Below, piece after piece: positions 20,848 to 30,463 of a stretch of DNA of 64,000 bases; within the stretch, counting starts at the first letter, position 1; every line of letters begins with the position of its first letter. Source of the DNA: a virus. The notes below the pieces were generated by a model. That model did not search any database. It was not told where the DNA came from and was given only the letters and a program-made list of their open reading frames with translations. Both the position numbers and the translations under genes were made by a program. The DNA is taken from the IMG/VR virus record IMGVR_UViG_3300037507_004165, positions 1 to 64,000 of that record. The stretch is one strand, 5' to 3'.

Positions 20848-21654
20848 ATGTCTATTGAACAACAAGAAATTAATATAACAATTCCAAAAGAAAAACTCCA
20901 AGAATGGAATGTCTTTTTTGGTCTGCCCTGCTATGACTCTCACGTTACTGAGCCATTCATGATGAGCTTTATGCAAGCATGTCTTTACTTTAAAGAAATT
21001 GGATTAAAATACTCAGTATGTACAATATCTGATTCTTTAATTAACCGCGCTAGAAATAATCTGGTAGCAAAATTTATGGGCAATCCAGCATTTACACACT
21101 TTATGTTTATTGATACGGACTTGCAATTTGACAAAGAAGCCATCCTAAAAATGTTATGGCATGACCAGGATGTTATGACAGCATCTTATCCAATTAAGGA
21201 AATTAACTGGGATAGAGTAAAAGAAGGCGCACAAAAAGATCTAGATTCAAAAGATTTAATGGAATATGGAACAAGATATGTAGTTCACCTTACAAAGCCA
21301 GGTGATGTTCAGTTGAACATTGAAAAAGGGGCCGTAGAATGCTACGAAGCTGGAACTGGCTTTATGCTAATTAAACGTGAAGTATTTGAAAAAATGTTTA
21401 AAAAGTATAAAAAACTTAAATACAAGGATGACACTGGTGCTCTGCAGGGCGACGAGCAAGAAAACGGATATGCTCTATTCAACTCTTATGTAGATGATGA
21501 GGGAAGATTCTTGTCAGAAGACTATGGATTCTGTAGATATTGGCAAAAAATGGGTGGAAAAGTATGGGTTGATCCAACCATTAATTTAACCCACTTTGGT
21601 AGAATAAAGTACCAAGGAAAAATGTTAGAATATTTAAAGAGAATAACACAATAG
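20848..21654 (+). CDS. GT-A fold glycosyltransferase
   Basis: SLINRARNNLV, THFMFIDTD (DxD), GTGFMLIKREVF, LSEDYGFC, VWVDPTINLTHFG. Confidence 0.75.
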   Translation: MSIEQQEINITIPKEKLQEWNVFFGLPCYDSHVTEPFMMSFMQACLYFKEIGLKYSVCTISDSLINRARNNLVAKFMGNPAFTHFMFIDTDLQFDKEAILKMLWHDQDVMTASYPIKEINWDRVKEGAQKDLDSKDLMEYGTRYVVHLTKPGDVQLNIEKGAVECYEAGTGFMLIKREVFEKMFKKYKKLKYKDDTGALQGDEQENGYALFNSYVDDEGRFLSEDYGFCRYWQKMGGKVWVDPTINLTHFGRIKYQGKMLEYLKRITQ

Positions 21655-21670
21655 TTTTTACACAAGTGCA

Positions 21671-21678
21671 TTACTATA
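21671..21678 (+). promoter_or_regulatory. putative late promoter motif TTACTATA
   Basis: About 49 nt before ATG 21721 (AGGAG RBS). Confidence 0.55.
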
Positions 21679-21720
21679 TTTGAAGTATAAATAAAACAAT
21701 CACTTTTTTACAGGAGAAGT

Positions 21721-23722
21721 ATGGCCCGTTTAAGATTTGAAACAGCACCAGAAATTACAATCAACGACGAGGCTGCAGTATTTAAAGCAGCAAACGGTGC
21801 TAGCGCTCCATTAGTAGAATTTAGAGCAGCCAACGGATCAGTAATGGCTAACATTGCTGCAAACGGCGTGCTTAACGTAACATCAGTAATTGCTTCAGTT
21901 GTGCGGAAACACATCTACAGATTTTGCTACAAGAGCATATGTAGATGAAGTCGCCACAGGAATTAAATCAAAACCAGCAGTAAGAGTAGCAACAACAGCA
22001 AACCTTGCTGGCACATACAATAACGGAACAGATGGCGTTGGTGCAACACTAACAGCTTCTTCAAACGGAGCATTCCCAACAATCGATGGTGTCGGTAGCT
22101 GGGTGCAGAACATGTCTATTCTACTTAAGAATCAAACTACAGCAGCACAAAACGGTAGATACGTTCTTACAACAGTCGGTGACGCATCCAATCCATGGGT
22201 TTTAACCAGGTGTGGTCTTTGTGATCAGGCTAGCGAAATCCCAGGCGCATACATATTCGTTTCTGGTGGAACAGAGAATGCTGGAAGAGGTTATGTCTTA
22301 ACAGTAACTAATCCAGATACATTTACTGTCGGAACAGATTCAATTATCGCAACTCAGTTTAGCGCAACTGGGGCATACGCAGCTGGTCTTGGTTTAACCC
22401 TTCTTGGCAATTCTTTCGCTGTTGGAACAGCAAATACAGCAAGAATTATCGTAAATGATGATAACATTGATCTTGCAACCGTAACACAAACAAATAGCAA
22501 CGGTGCAAACACAGTTAACTTTGTTGCCGCTGTAACAGTCGACAACTTTGGCCGTATAACTGGAACAGAAAAAGCAAATGTTTCATTTGCTGGTTACGCA
22601 ACAATCGAAAGCCCAACATTTACCGGAAACGTAACTATACCAGCCAACGCAAATATTTCTGGCTATGCGCTTTTAGCAAGCCCAACTTTTACAGGCACCC
22701 CAACAGCACCAACAGCAAATGCGGGAACCTCAAATGGACAAATTGCTACAACTCAATATGTAGATACGGCAGTAAGTTCATTGTCAGCAACAGCTGGAAA
22801 TACATATATCGAAAGTTCAATCATAGCCGCAAAGGGCGACCTAATCGTAGGAACAGCTAACGACACAGAGGCAATTCTTAGCGTCGGGACAAACGGATAC
22901 TTCTTAAAGGCCAACAGCTCAGCCGTAACTGGTCTTGAGTGGGCTGCAATTCCAACAATCAACGCCCTTGACGATGTTGGTGACGTAACAATTACAGGCA
23001 ACGCAACAAATCAATATCTTCAGTATAATGGTAGCGCCTGGGTCAATGCATCGATCCCAACAATAAATGCCCTAGATGACGTGGGTGATGTAACCATTAC
23101 ATCAGTTGCCACCAATCACCTATTAGCCTGGAATGGAACAGCCTGGGTAAATACTGGAAACCCAACAGTTCCAGGAAACCTTACTGTAACTGGAAACCTT
23201 ACAGTTCAAGGAAATACTACGACTGTTAATACAGCCGAACTTCATGTTTCAGATAATATTATCGTTTTGAATCATGATGTTACTGGATCCCCAACAGAAA
23301 ACGCTGGTGTTGAAGTTGAGCGCGGTACATCAACAAACGTTCTCATTCGCTGGAATGAAACAGACGATGTCTGGGAGTTCACAAATGACGGAACTACATA
23401 TCAGAGAATTACCAGCGATACAGTAACAAATGCCCAGACAGCCGCATACACACTTGTTTTGGGTGACAGATCAAAGATGGTTGAAATGAACGTAGCTTCA
23501 GGTCATAACCTAACTGTCCCAACAAATTCCAACGTAGCTTTCCCAGTAGGTACAACAATTACAGTTTTACAGACTGGAGCTGGCCAAACTACAATCGCTG
23601 CTCAAGGCGGAGTAACAGTGAATGCAACTCCTGGTCTTAAGTTACGCGCGCAGTGGTCTTCGGCTACGCTTATCAAGAGAGCTACAGATACATGGGTAGC
23701 ACTAGGAGATTTGGCAGCATAA
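21721..23722 (+). CDS. tail fibre protein (~666 aa), needs +1 shift at CGGA 21904
   Basis: MARLRFETAP...VIASVV-[c]GGA-NTSTDFATRAYVD joins ORF 21890-23722 (VRVATTANL, LKNQTTAAQNGRY, SPTFTGTPTAPT fibre motifs). Confidence 0.8.
21904..21907 (+). other. +1 recoding site 5 (GTG C GGA)
   Basis: In-frame CGG at codon 62; 0-frame tail RKHIYRFCYKSICR* breaks from the fibre composition. Confidence 0.8.
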
Positions 23723-23723
23723 T

Positions 23724-24152
23724 ATGACAACGAATACGCCAGAGCCAGGTAAAGGCAGTAAAAGAAAAAGAGCTAAGCCAACAATCGCTGCTGGTACAGC
23801 TAAAGCCGACGCAAACACAACAATAACAAATGCAGGCTTTACAGTTGGAACGGTTACTGGAGAAAGCACTCAAGTTGCTGCTGACCTAGATAAGGTTAAA
23901 ACTGCTGTAACAGATACTACTGTTACCCCATTGGGAACTGCAATTAACTATACTATTCACAGCCCATTTTTTCCACCTTACTTTCCACCTTACTTTCCGC
24001 CTTACTTTCCGCCGTATTTCCCGCCATTCTTTCCACCGTTCTTCCCACCGTTCTTCCCACCGTTCTTCCCGCCATTTTTCCCACCATTTTTCCCACCGTT
24101 CTTCCCACCATACTTCCCACCGGGATTCGGCGGACCGGTACCAGTCTTCTAA
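23724..24152 (+). CDS. PASTA-like domain + (PP[Y/F]F)n tail protein
   Basis: A..ANTTITNAGFTVGTVT.E...DKV......VTPLGTAINYTI.S resembles the PASTA consensus; followed by Pro/aromatic repeat. Confidence 0.75.
   Translation: MTTNTPEPGKGSKRKRAKPTIAAGTAKADANTTITNAGFTVGTVTGESTQVAADLDKVKTAVTDTTVTPLGTAINYTIHSPFFPPYFPPYFPPYFPPYFPPFFPPFFPPFFPPFFPPFFPPFFPPFFPPYFPPGFGGPVPVF
23961..24128 (+). repeat. 12-nt coding tandem repeat, 14 units: SPFF (PPYF)4 (PPFF)7 PPYF PPGF
   Basis: ccN ccN t(a/t)Y ttY units. Confidence 0.95.
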
Positions 24153-24176
24153 AGAAAAAGATACTGGTTTAACAGT

Positions 24177-24219
24177 AAAAGTAGACAGGGGTCATAACAA
24201 CCCTGTCTATTTTTATTTT
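24177..24219. terminator. bidirectional intrinsic terminator between convergent genes
   Basis: AAAA G TAGACAGGG..loop..CCCTGTCTA TTTTTATTTT. Confidence 0.75.
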
Positions 24220-24231
24220 TACAATAAATTA

Positions 24232-24840
24232 TTACAGGGATAGATAATCTACAGTAGATTCAGAACCTAGTTCGCCTTTTACAAAAATATTAAAAGCAAT
24301 AACTACTCTTTTTTCAGAAAATACTTTTGGAACTAAATGATATAAATGTGAAGGGAAAATAACTATTTTTCCAATTTCTAGATTTACACGAAAAAGATCA
24401 CTGTTTTCGCTTGCTTGACTTGAAGTTCTTAACTGTATTTGTGGAGTAAATTTTGGTCTTCTAAAAACAGTAAAATCTTCCTCTGAACCAGAAACATAAA
24501 TTATCCCACTAAACAAACTGTTCGGATGATAGTGTTCGTATTGATAACCATTTATCCCAGAAATAGTCACCCATGACTGGGTTATGTATGGTTGCACGTC
24601 AGCAATAGAAAGATCATTTAATATAAAAGTTGACATATGTTCTTCACAATTCTGTTTAAGAAAAGAAAGATTCTTATCATTAAGAACAAACTTATTATTA
24701 CTAAATGCATTGGATTGATAAAAAGTAGAGTCTTTTTCAAAGACTTCAATTGCAGATAATTCTTGGTTCGTAAAACTTCTACCAATATTGGAAATATAAA
24801 TTGGAGTCGGAAAGATATATTTTGTACCATTTTCAGACAT
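24232..24840 (-). CDS. 2OG-Fe(II) oxygenase (TIGR02466/PF13759-like)
   Basis: IFPTPIY, QSWV, HYHPNSLFSGIIY, IFPSHLYHLV, RVVIAFN. Confidence 0.8.
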   Translation of the reverse strand: MSENGTKYIFPTPIYISNIGRSFTNQELSAIEVFEKDSTFYQSNAFSNNKFVLNDKNLSFLKQNCEEHMSTFILNDLSIADVQPYITQSWVTISGINGYQYEHYHPNSLFSGIIYVSGSEEDFTVFRRPKFTPQIQLRTSSQASENSDLFRVNLEIGKIVIFPSHLYHLVPKVFSEKRVVIAFNIFVKGELGSESTVDYLSL

Positions 24841-25666
24841 TATCTATACTCCTAAAAAAAGATTCTGAATCAGAATAAGCCCAATATCTATTAAAAATTC
24901 TTTCACCAGAAAGAAATCCGCCCCTTACAGCGTGAATTATAGTGCTCAAATCTATTATAACTAAATCTCCTAAATTCCAATTTAACCAATAATTTTCGTC
25001 GTTGTCAAATTCATTAATTTTATTTTCAAACCATATTTTTATATCTGAAAAAATACTTATATCATTTTTCGATGGACTATTATCATCGTATAAAAGTAGA
25101 GAATCTTTTTCTGATTTAGGAGATAATTTAAGTATTTTTTCTCCGGTATTTCTGTGCACCCCAATTGCTGACCTAGCAAAAATGTTTGGCTTTACAATAA
25201 CTCCATTCACCGTATCATAGGTATTTTTTAGGGAATTAACTATTTTACATTTTGATAAAAAATCGACCCAATCTTTGTCCATTTGTTCTAATATATCTAT
25301 AGAGTTAATAAACCCAGTTTTTCCGCATTCGGAATCGCACACCATCTTCTGCATGTGCCAAGTACTGGCAATTTGTGGATCCGATTTATGGCAATTTTCC
25401 AAATGCCAAGGAATTAAAATTTCCCTAGAAGAACAAAACTTTTCGTTTCTTCCTATTGTAAAATTGTGATCTTCAGCATGAGGATTCGATATATAACCCC
25501 AATTTAATTTACTAGCAAAAGCCTCAGTTATTTGACCTTGTTGGTCGGGCTCCAAATTAATAGTCTTAAAAATAATAACTTTGTATTTCAAAAAAAGATC
25601 TACATATAAATCTATGTTTGAAATTATTTCTTCAAATTTACAATTATATATTTTTTTCAAAACCAT
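24833..25666 (-). CDS. TauD/TfdA-like 2OG dioxygenase
   Basis: WHLE (HxE), GKTGFIN, WNLGDLVIID..IIHA, RIFNR. Confidence 0.7.
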   Translation of the reverse strand: MVLKKIYNCKFEEIISNIDLYVDLFLKYKVIIFKTINLEPDQQGQITEAFASKLNWGYISNPHAEDHNFTIGRNEKFCSSREILIPWHLENCHKSDPQIASTWHMQKMVCDSECGKTGFINSIDILEQMDKDWVDFLSKCKIVNSLKNTYDTVNGVIVKPNIFARSAIGVHRNTGEKILKLSPKSEKDSLLLYDDNSPSKNDISIFSDIKIWFENKINEFDNDENYWLNWNLGDLVIIDLSTIIHAVRGGFLSGERIFNRYWAYSDSESFFRSIDNV

Positions 25667-25669
25667 ATT

Positions 25670-26290
25670 CTATAATAGTTCAGTTATAGTGTAAAATGAT
25701 GGGGTGGTAAATCTTTCGCCTCTAGTTACCATTTTTACTCCATGCAAATAATTGATATCTCCAGGATGTGCTACAGCAAGTCCTGGTTCAGGTTTTATCT
25801 CAATTTCATGTTGAGGATAATATAATTGTCCACCCTCAAAATCATCATTGTAGTAAATGAGGGAATTAAGGTCATATGTCGGAAACGGATTTGGTGATCC
25901 ATCATTGAGCTGCTTATCAGCATGAGGGCGTTGTTCTAAGCCAGGAAACCATCTTATTATAACTGGAGGACGAACGCTAAGCTTAACCCTAAATTCATCT
26001 TCAAGAAAATATTTCATTTTTAAGATATATTTGTCTATCAAATTATATATATCTAAATTTATTCTAGATAAAATGTCATAGCTGCACTGCCTATTTTGCC
26101 AGTAAGACGCATCGTATGTACAAGTTCCATCTTCAGCGTACTGGTTTTCTCCAGCATCCATCCATTCATTTATTGTTGGAAGAAAGTTTTGAATTTTTTT
26201 TAAATCTTCAAGATCAACAAAATTTTTTAATATCTTTATATTTTTTGGTGAGTTTCCAAAATATCCAGGCTCTATTAAAGACTTTTCCAC
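25670..26290 (-). CDS. prolyl-4-hydroxylase-like 2OG-Fe(II) oxygenase
   Basis: PHAD, LIYYNDDFEGGQLYYP, YLHGVKMVTRGERFT. Confidence 0.8.
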   Translation of the reverse strand: MEKSLIEPGYFGNSPKNIKILKNFVDLEDLKKIQNFLPTINEWMDAGENQYAEDGTCTYDASYWQNRQCSYDILSRINLDIYNLIDKYILKMKYFLEDEFRVKLSVRPPVIIRWFPGLEQRPHADKQLNDGSPNPFPTYDLNSLIYYNDDFEGGQLYYPQHEIEIKPEPGLAVAHPGDINYLHGVKMVTRGERFTTPSFYTITELL

Positions 26291-26296
26291 AATTTG

Positions 26297-26926
26297 CTAC
26301 TCCTTTATGGACCAAAAATTAGAAGACATGTATCTTAATCCTGACGTAACTTTTTCTACCCTGTGAGTATATAGTTCATCAGAAGGAAAAATCAGCAACA
26401 TATTTGGTTGAGGTTTTATTTTAATGTTAAGTTTGGTAAAATGTAAGACGCCGCCCTCAAAGTCATTATTATAGTAGTATACAGAGCTGTAGTCTCTTGT
26501 GGGATGGCCAGAAGGGGTCTGCAAATACCTATTCATCCCATCAAAGTGAGTTGGTAAACCATCACCTGGGCTGTAAACAGTAACCCCAACCCCCTCTTCT
26601 TGCCAAACAGATTTATTGTATAAAATAGATATTAACTCAGATACTTTATGTAAAAAGTCATACTTTAATATACCTTCGGTTATTTCTGGAAATGTAAAAG
26701 AAATATTACTAGTAGGAAGAATAACATTTTCTCCTGTAGATGGATCTATTTTAGAGGAAAATTTATAATTGTCATCCTCACCCACAGAGTCATATTTAGT
26801 TACTGGGCACTTGAGCAAATGCTCGTAGAGTTTTTGAAATTTTTCATCATTCAAAAAGCTATTTATCTGATATAATTCTTCGCAGAGATTATTAGCTTTT
26901 AAATCGTGTTGCACTGGTGATGACAT
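26297..26926 (-). CDS. prolyl-4-hydroxylase-like 2OG-Fe(II) oxygenase
   Basis: THFD, SSVYYYNNDFEGGVLHF, IFPS..YTHRVEKVTSGLRY; start moved to MSSPV because TGATATACT lies 8 nt upstream. Confidence 0.8.
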   Translation of the reverse strand: MSSPVQHDLKANNLCEELYQINSFLNDEKFQKLYEHLLKCPVTKYDSVGEDDNYKFSSKIDPSTGENVILPTSNISFTFPEITEGILKYDFLHKVSELISILYNKSVWQEEGVGVTVYSPGDGLPTHFDGMNRYLQTPSGHPTRDYSSVYYYNNDFEGGVLHFTKLNIKIKPQPNMLLIFPSDELYTHRVEKVTSGLRYMSSNFWSIKE

Positions 26927-26934
26927 AGTGATAT

Positions 26935-26943
26935 AGTATATCA
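26935..26943 (-). promoter_or_regulatory. extended -10 promoter TGATATACT (leftward, probably leaderless)
   Basis: 8 nt before ATG at 26926, in the divergent intergenic region. Confidence 0.5.
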
Positions 26944-26977
26944 TAATGATTTACGGTAAAACTTTTTGAGGTAAAAA

Positions 26978-27610
26978 ATGGATTTTTATCATATTGGCGA
27001 TCCCAAGTTTGGCATGTTCTTATACAGAAATGCAATATCAAGAGATTTAAATATTCCAGAAAGACTTGAAGCTACTATAGGAAATAGCAGTCACCAGCTT
27101 TTTAAATGGTCAGACGCAGTTGTGGGTTACAACACAAAAATGCCAGACTATAGAGACTGTGTAGATTTAAAGATGAGTCCAGATCACTGGCCATATCTAA
27201 CTCCGGAGTTTGAAGAAATTAAAAAGTGCTATGATGATGTTGACTCTAGGCTCAAAAAGTGTTTAGAGCATTACGAGTCCATGTATAACTTTAAAATGGA
27301 TTATATGGAAGCTATAAATTTTGTTAGATATAAACCAGGTCAGCACTTTGCTGTTCATACAGACCATGGCTTCTCTTATACATGTACCGTCTCATCAGTG
27401 ATGTATTTAAATGATGAATATGAAGGTGGAGAATTGTGGTTTCCATATTTAGATATCACACTTAAGCCAAAAGCTGGTGACGTAGTATTATTTCCATCAA
27501 CTTACATATATGCCCACGCATCTCTTAAGGTAAAAAGCGGAATTAAGTATTCTGCAGTTACTATGTTTGATTATAACGATAATAATCACAAGAATCATTC
27601 AGTATATTAA
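26978..27610 (+). CDS. prolyl-4-hydroxylase-like 2OG-Fe(II) oxygenase
   Basis: HTD, SSVMYLNDEYEGGELWF, LFPSTYIYAH..VKSGIKYS (Lys as 2OG ligand). Confidence 0.8.
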   Translation: MDFYHIGDPKFGMFLYRNAISRDLNIPERLEATIGNSSHQLFKWSDAVVGYNTKMPDYRDCVDLKMSPDHWPYLTPEFEEIKKCYDDVDSRLKKCLEHYESMYNFKMDYMEAINFVRYKPGQHFAVHTDHGFSYTCTVSSVMYLNDEYEGGELWFPYLDITLKPKAGDVVLFPSTYIYAHASLKVKSGIKYSAVTMFDYNDNNHKNHSVY

Positions 27611-27639
27611 AACGCTGAATAAGCAGAAGGTCTAGGGAA

Positions 27640-28266
27640 ATGATAGACGAAAATTTAGAGACACCTTTTATTCAAGAATTTGAAGAATCAATATATGATA
27701 TTAAAGTAAACTCCTTAAACGGAGAAAAAGACATACTAAGCAAGTATAAGGGTAAAGTGACTATGATAGTTAATGTCACTGGAGAATGCGCAAATTCAGC
27801 CCAGTATCCGCTTATACAAGATTTATATCTTGACTATAAGGACAGGGGTTTCGAGGTGCTGGCGATACCAAGTACTGATTTCTGCGAATTTGCCTACGGA
27901 GAATTTGCTGATTCTGGAGCAAGTCCAGAAAATATGAAAAAGCACATGGAAAATCATTATGGAACATTTCTTCCATATTCCGAAATGATGACAATAAAAG
28001 AAGATCTAGAAAACGGCCTACAACCGCACTACCTTTATAGGGTGCTGCAAAGTGTCAATCAAGAGCGACTAAATAAAAATATTATAGATCTTCCAGTTCA
28101 GGGAAACTTTGAAAAATTTATAATTAATAAAACAGGTAAAAAAATGTTACGTTTCTGCAATTCAGATTTACTCAATTTAGCATTTGATGCAGGAAACAGA
28201 AAAACAAATTCAGATGTAGCTTTAGCCAGAATTAAAGAGGCAATAGAATTTTTCCTCGCAGAGTAG
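27640..28266 (+). CDS. glutathione peroxidase-like protein (atypical)
   Basis: YKGKVTMIVNVTGEC, YKDRGFEVLAIPS, GNFEKFII. Confidence 0.75.
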   Translation: MIDENLETPFIQEFEESIYDIKVNSLNGEKDILSKYKGKVTMIVNVTGECANSAQYPLIQDLYLDYKDRGFEVLAIPSTDFCEFAYGEFADSGASPENMKKHMENHYGTFLPYSEMMTIKEDLENGLQPHYLYRVLQSVNQERLNKNIIDLPVQGNFEKFIINKTGKKMLRFCNSDLLNLAFDAGNRKTNSDVALARIKEAIEFFLAE

Positions 28267-28273
28267 ATCTAAG

Positions 28274-28825
28274 ATGAATGATTTTATTACAATATATAAA
28301 TCAGCAATTGATAATGACACATGCGCCGAAATTGTAAACATGCTTGAAAAAGGCAAATGGAATAGATCTTTAGTTTACGATAATCAAAATCAAGATATGT
28401 TAAAAGCTGTCGAATCAGAAAGAAGAACGTGTGACGCTTTTGATAGAACTCAGTATCTATATCATAAAATATATTCAATGATAGATCCTATTATTTCTGA
28501 AAAATTATTTAATTACATAGATAAATTTGAAGTTGAATTAGCACAAAAACAAGAGATAGTTGGCTATAATATACTTAGGTATAAAGTCGGTCAACAGGCT
28601 GTTCTTCACTGCGATGATGGCATAGGGGTTCACAGAAGAGTGTCCAGTCTTCTTTACATCAATGAAGATTTTACCGGTGGTGAGTTATTTTTCGATAAAT
28701 TAAAAATAAAGTATTCACCTAAAGCTGGAGACATACTATTTTTTCCTTCATCATTTCCGTTTTCCCATGAAGCAAAAGCAGTACAAAGTGGAACAAAATA
28801 CTGCGTAGTTCGTTTTTGGAATTAG
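28274..28825 (+). CDS. prolyl-4-hydroxylase-like 2OG-Fe(II) oxygenase
   Basis: ILRY, HCD, RRVSSLLYINEDFTGGELFF, FFPSSFPFSHEAKAVQSGTKY. Confidence 0.8.
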   Translation: MNDFITIYKSAIDNDTCAEIVNMLEKGKWNRSLVYDNQNQDMLKAVESERRTCDAFDRTQYLYHKIYSMIDPIISEKLFNYIDKFEVELAQKQEIVGYNILRYKVGQQAVLHCDDGIGVHRRVSSLLYINEDFTGGELFFDKLKIKYSPKAGDILFFPSSFPFSHEAKAVQSGTKYCVVRFWN

Positions 28826-28835
28826 GCTATAAAAA

Positions 28836-28844
28836 TGGTATAAT
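28836..28844 (+). promoter_or_regulatory. extended -10 promoter TGGTATAAT, probably leaderless
   Basis: 8 nt before ATG 28853. Confidence 0.5.
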
Positions 28845-28852
28845 GATTGTTC

Positions 28853-29557
28853 ATGACTAAAATTACTCTTACAAAAACTCACCAAAATCCACCAGAAATA
28901 AAGCAGTCCAGAATCAAAAGAGATTGGATGGACGACACCTACAACAAACATGCGTACCAGTGCCTACCGCTAACTGTTGCAAATGTGACTGGTTGGGAGC
29001 TTATTCTTCAACAAGATGTCGTTGTTCAATGGGATGGCGGCAATACTGTTCCAAGAGTTCTTGAGGGAGAAACCTTAAACGGAAGATCGATAGTCATGCC
29101 GAGCATTATTGGCATAATGTCATTTTCTACCGGTTGGGCGTTTCAAACCGAAGACAATTACAGTACCTGGATTGGAGGATCACCGAATTATTTTGTCGAT
29201 GGAGCGGTTCCATTGACAGCTCATATCCCTAGTTATTGGTGGCCAGATGAGTTTAATATGAACTGGAAAATTACAAAGGTGGGAGAACCTGTTATATTTC
29301 CAGCTGGCATGCCCTTTATGCACTTTACAATCTATCACAATACACTACTGCAGGATGTTGAGTTTCAGGTAGAAAATCTCTGGGACAAGCCAGAATTAAT
29401 GCAAGAGAGAATGAATTACAGCAACGCAAAAAGTAAAAAGTTGCAAGAGCAACCATGGACATGGATGAAGGGAATAAAAACTGGTTTAAATGAAAAAGGA
29501 GAAAGAATAGGTCCAACATTCAATGGACTTCCCTCACTTAAGGAACCAAATATATGA
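28853..29557 (+). CDS. DUF6065-like protein
   Basis: RDWMDDT..KHAYQCLPLTVANVTGWEL, FNMNWKIT, FPAGMPF. Confidence 0.65.
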   Translation: MTKITLTKTHQNPPEIKQSRIKRDWMDDTYNKHAYQCLPLTVANVTGWELILQQDVVVQWDGGNTVPRVLEGETLNGRSIVMPSIIGIMSFSTGWAFQTEDNYSTWIGGSPNYFVDGAVPLTAHIPSYWWPDEFNMNWKITKVGEPVIFPAGMPFMHFTIYHNTLLQDVEFQVENLWDKPELMQERMNYSNAKSKKLQEQPWTWMKGIKTGLNEKGERIGPTFNGLPSLKEPNI

Positions 29558-29850
29558 TGCATAACCTTGTTGGCATATGGAATTTAGATGTCAAATCACC
29601 GCTTGGTATTGATAAATACCAGTTATTTATATCAGAAACTATGACAGCAGCAATTGGTGAACAGAGAGGCAAGATGCAATTTGCAGACTTTCTTGTAAAA
29701 GATGACTCTTTTTTTATGAGTGGGTTTACTGAAACACCACTTAGGACAAATGTTTCTTTGCATGGGACTTTTGATGATAATAAGATTCTTGGTAAGATAG
29801 CAATAGACAACTACTGCCTGGTAGATTTTGAGGGCACAAAAAATGGATAA
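29554..29850 (+). CDS. hypothetical small beta-sheet protein
   Basis: 98 aa; overlaps the stop/start of its neighbours. Confidence 0.6.
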   Translation: MMHNLVGIWNLDVKSPLGIDKYQLFISETMTAAIGEQRGKMQFADFLVKDDSFFMSGFTETPLRTNVSLHGTFDDNKILGKIAIDNYCLVDFEGTKNG

Positions 29851-30460
29851 TGTATACAACATAGGAATAAAATCAATTTCTGGAGAAGAAAACTTCTTAA
29901 GAAATTTTAATGGTAAAGTTACACTATTGGTTAATATATCAAGTAAATTTGGCTATACACCAAAATGTAGTCCACTTTGGTCCTATGCAAGAACAGCTAG
30001 GCAACTATGGCAACTTCAACAAATTCACGAAGAGTTTTATGATAGAGGATTTTCTGTTATTGGTTTTCCATGTAATCAGTTTGGAAAAATGGAGCCAGGT
30101 TCAAATAGTGAGATAAAAACTTTTTTAGAAACCAATTATCCATTTATGAACTTTCCAATATCAGAAAAAATAGATGTCAATGGAAAAGACGAACACCCAG
30201 TTTATTCCTTCTTAAAAGGAAAAGAAAAAAGAAACTACTCAGACACAACAGCAGATGGAACACAGGCAGCTAGTGATGGACAAAATTTGGCTGGCCAAGC
30301 AATAGCTAGAATACCTCATAATTATGAAAAGTTCTTGATCAGCAGAAATGGTATCATGGTTTCTAGATTTAACTGGCAAGACATGCCACTAGACGACGAG
30401 CCCAGAGTTATGGGCGCAAGTTGGACAATAAGAGAAGCAATAGATGAGGTCTTAGGGTAA
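29843..30460 (+). CDS. glutathione peroxidase-like protein (atypical)
   Basis: GKVTLLVNISS, GFSVIGFPCNQFGKMEPG, KIDVNGKDEHPVYSFLK, NYEKFLI; ATG 29843 preferred (GAGGG RBS). Confidence 0.8.
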   Translation: MDNVYNIGIKSISGEENFLRNFNGKVTLLVNISSKFGYTPKCSPLWSYARTARQLWQLQQIHEEFYDRGFSVIGFPCNQFGKMEPGSNSEIKTFLETNYPFMNFPISEKIDVNGKDEHPVYSFLKGKEKRNYSDTTADGTQAASDGQNLAGQAIARIPHNYEKFLISRNGIMVSRFNWQDMPLDDEPRVMGASWTIREAIDEVLG

Positions 30461-30463
30461 ATC

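Noticed and set aside
23961-24128. CRISPR array or DGR template/variable repeat
   Set aside because: 12-nt tandem coding units without spacers; no adenine-specific variation and no reverse transcriptase in window
27640-30460. Selenocysteine GPx
   Set aside because: No in-frame TGA at the catalytic position in either gene
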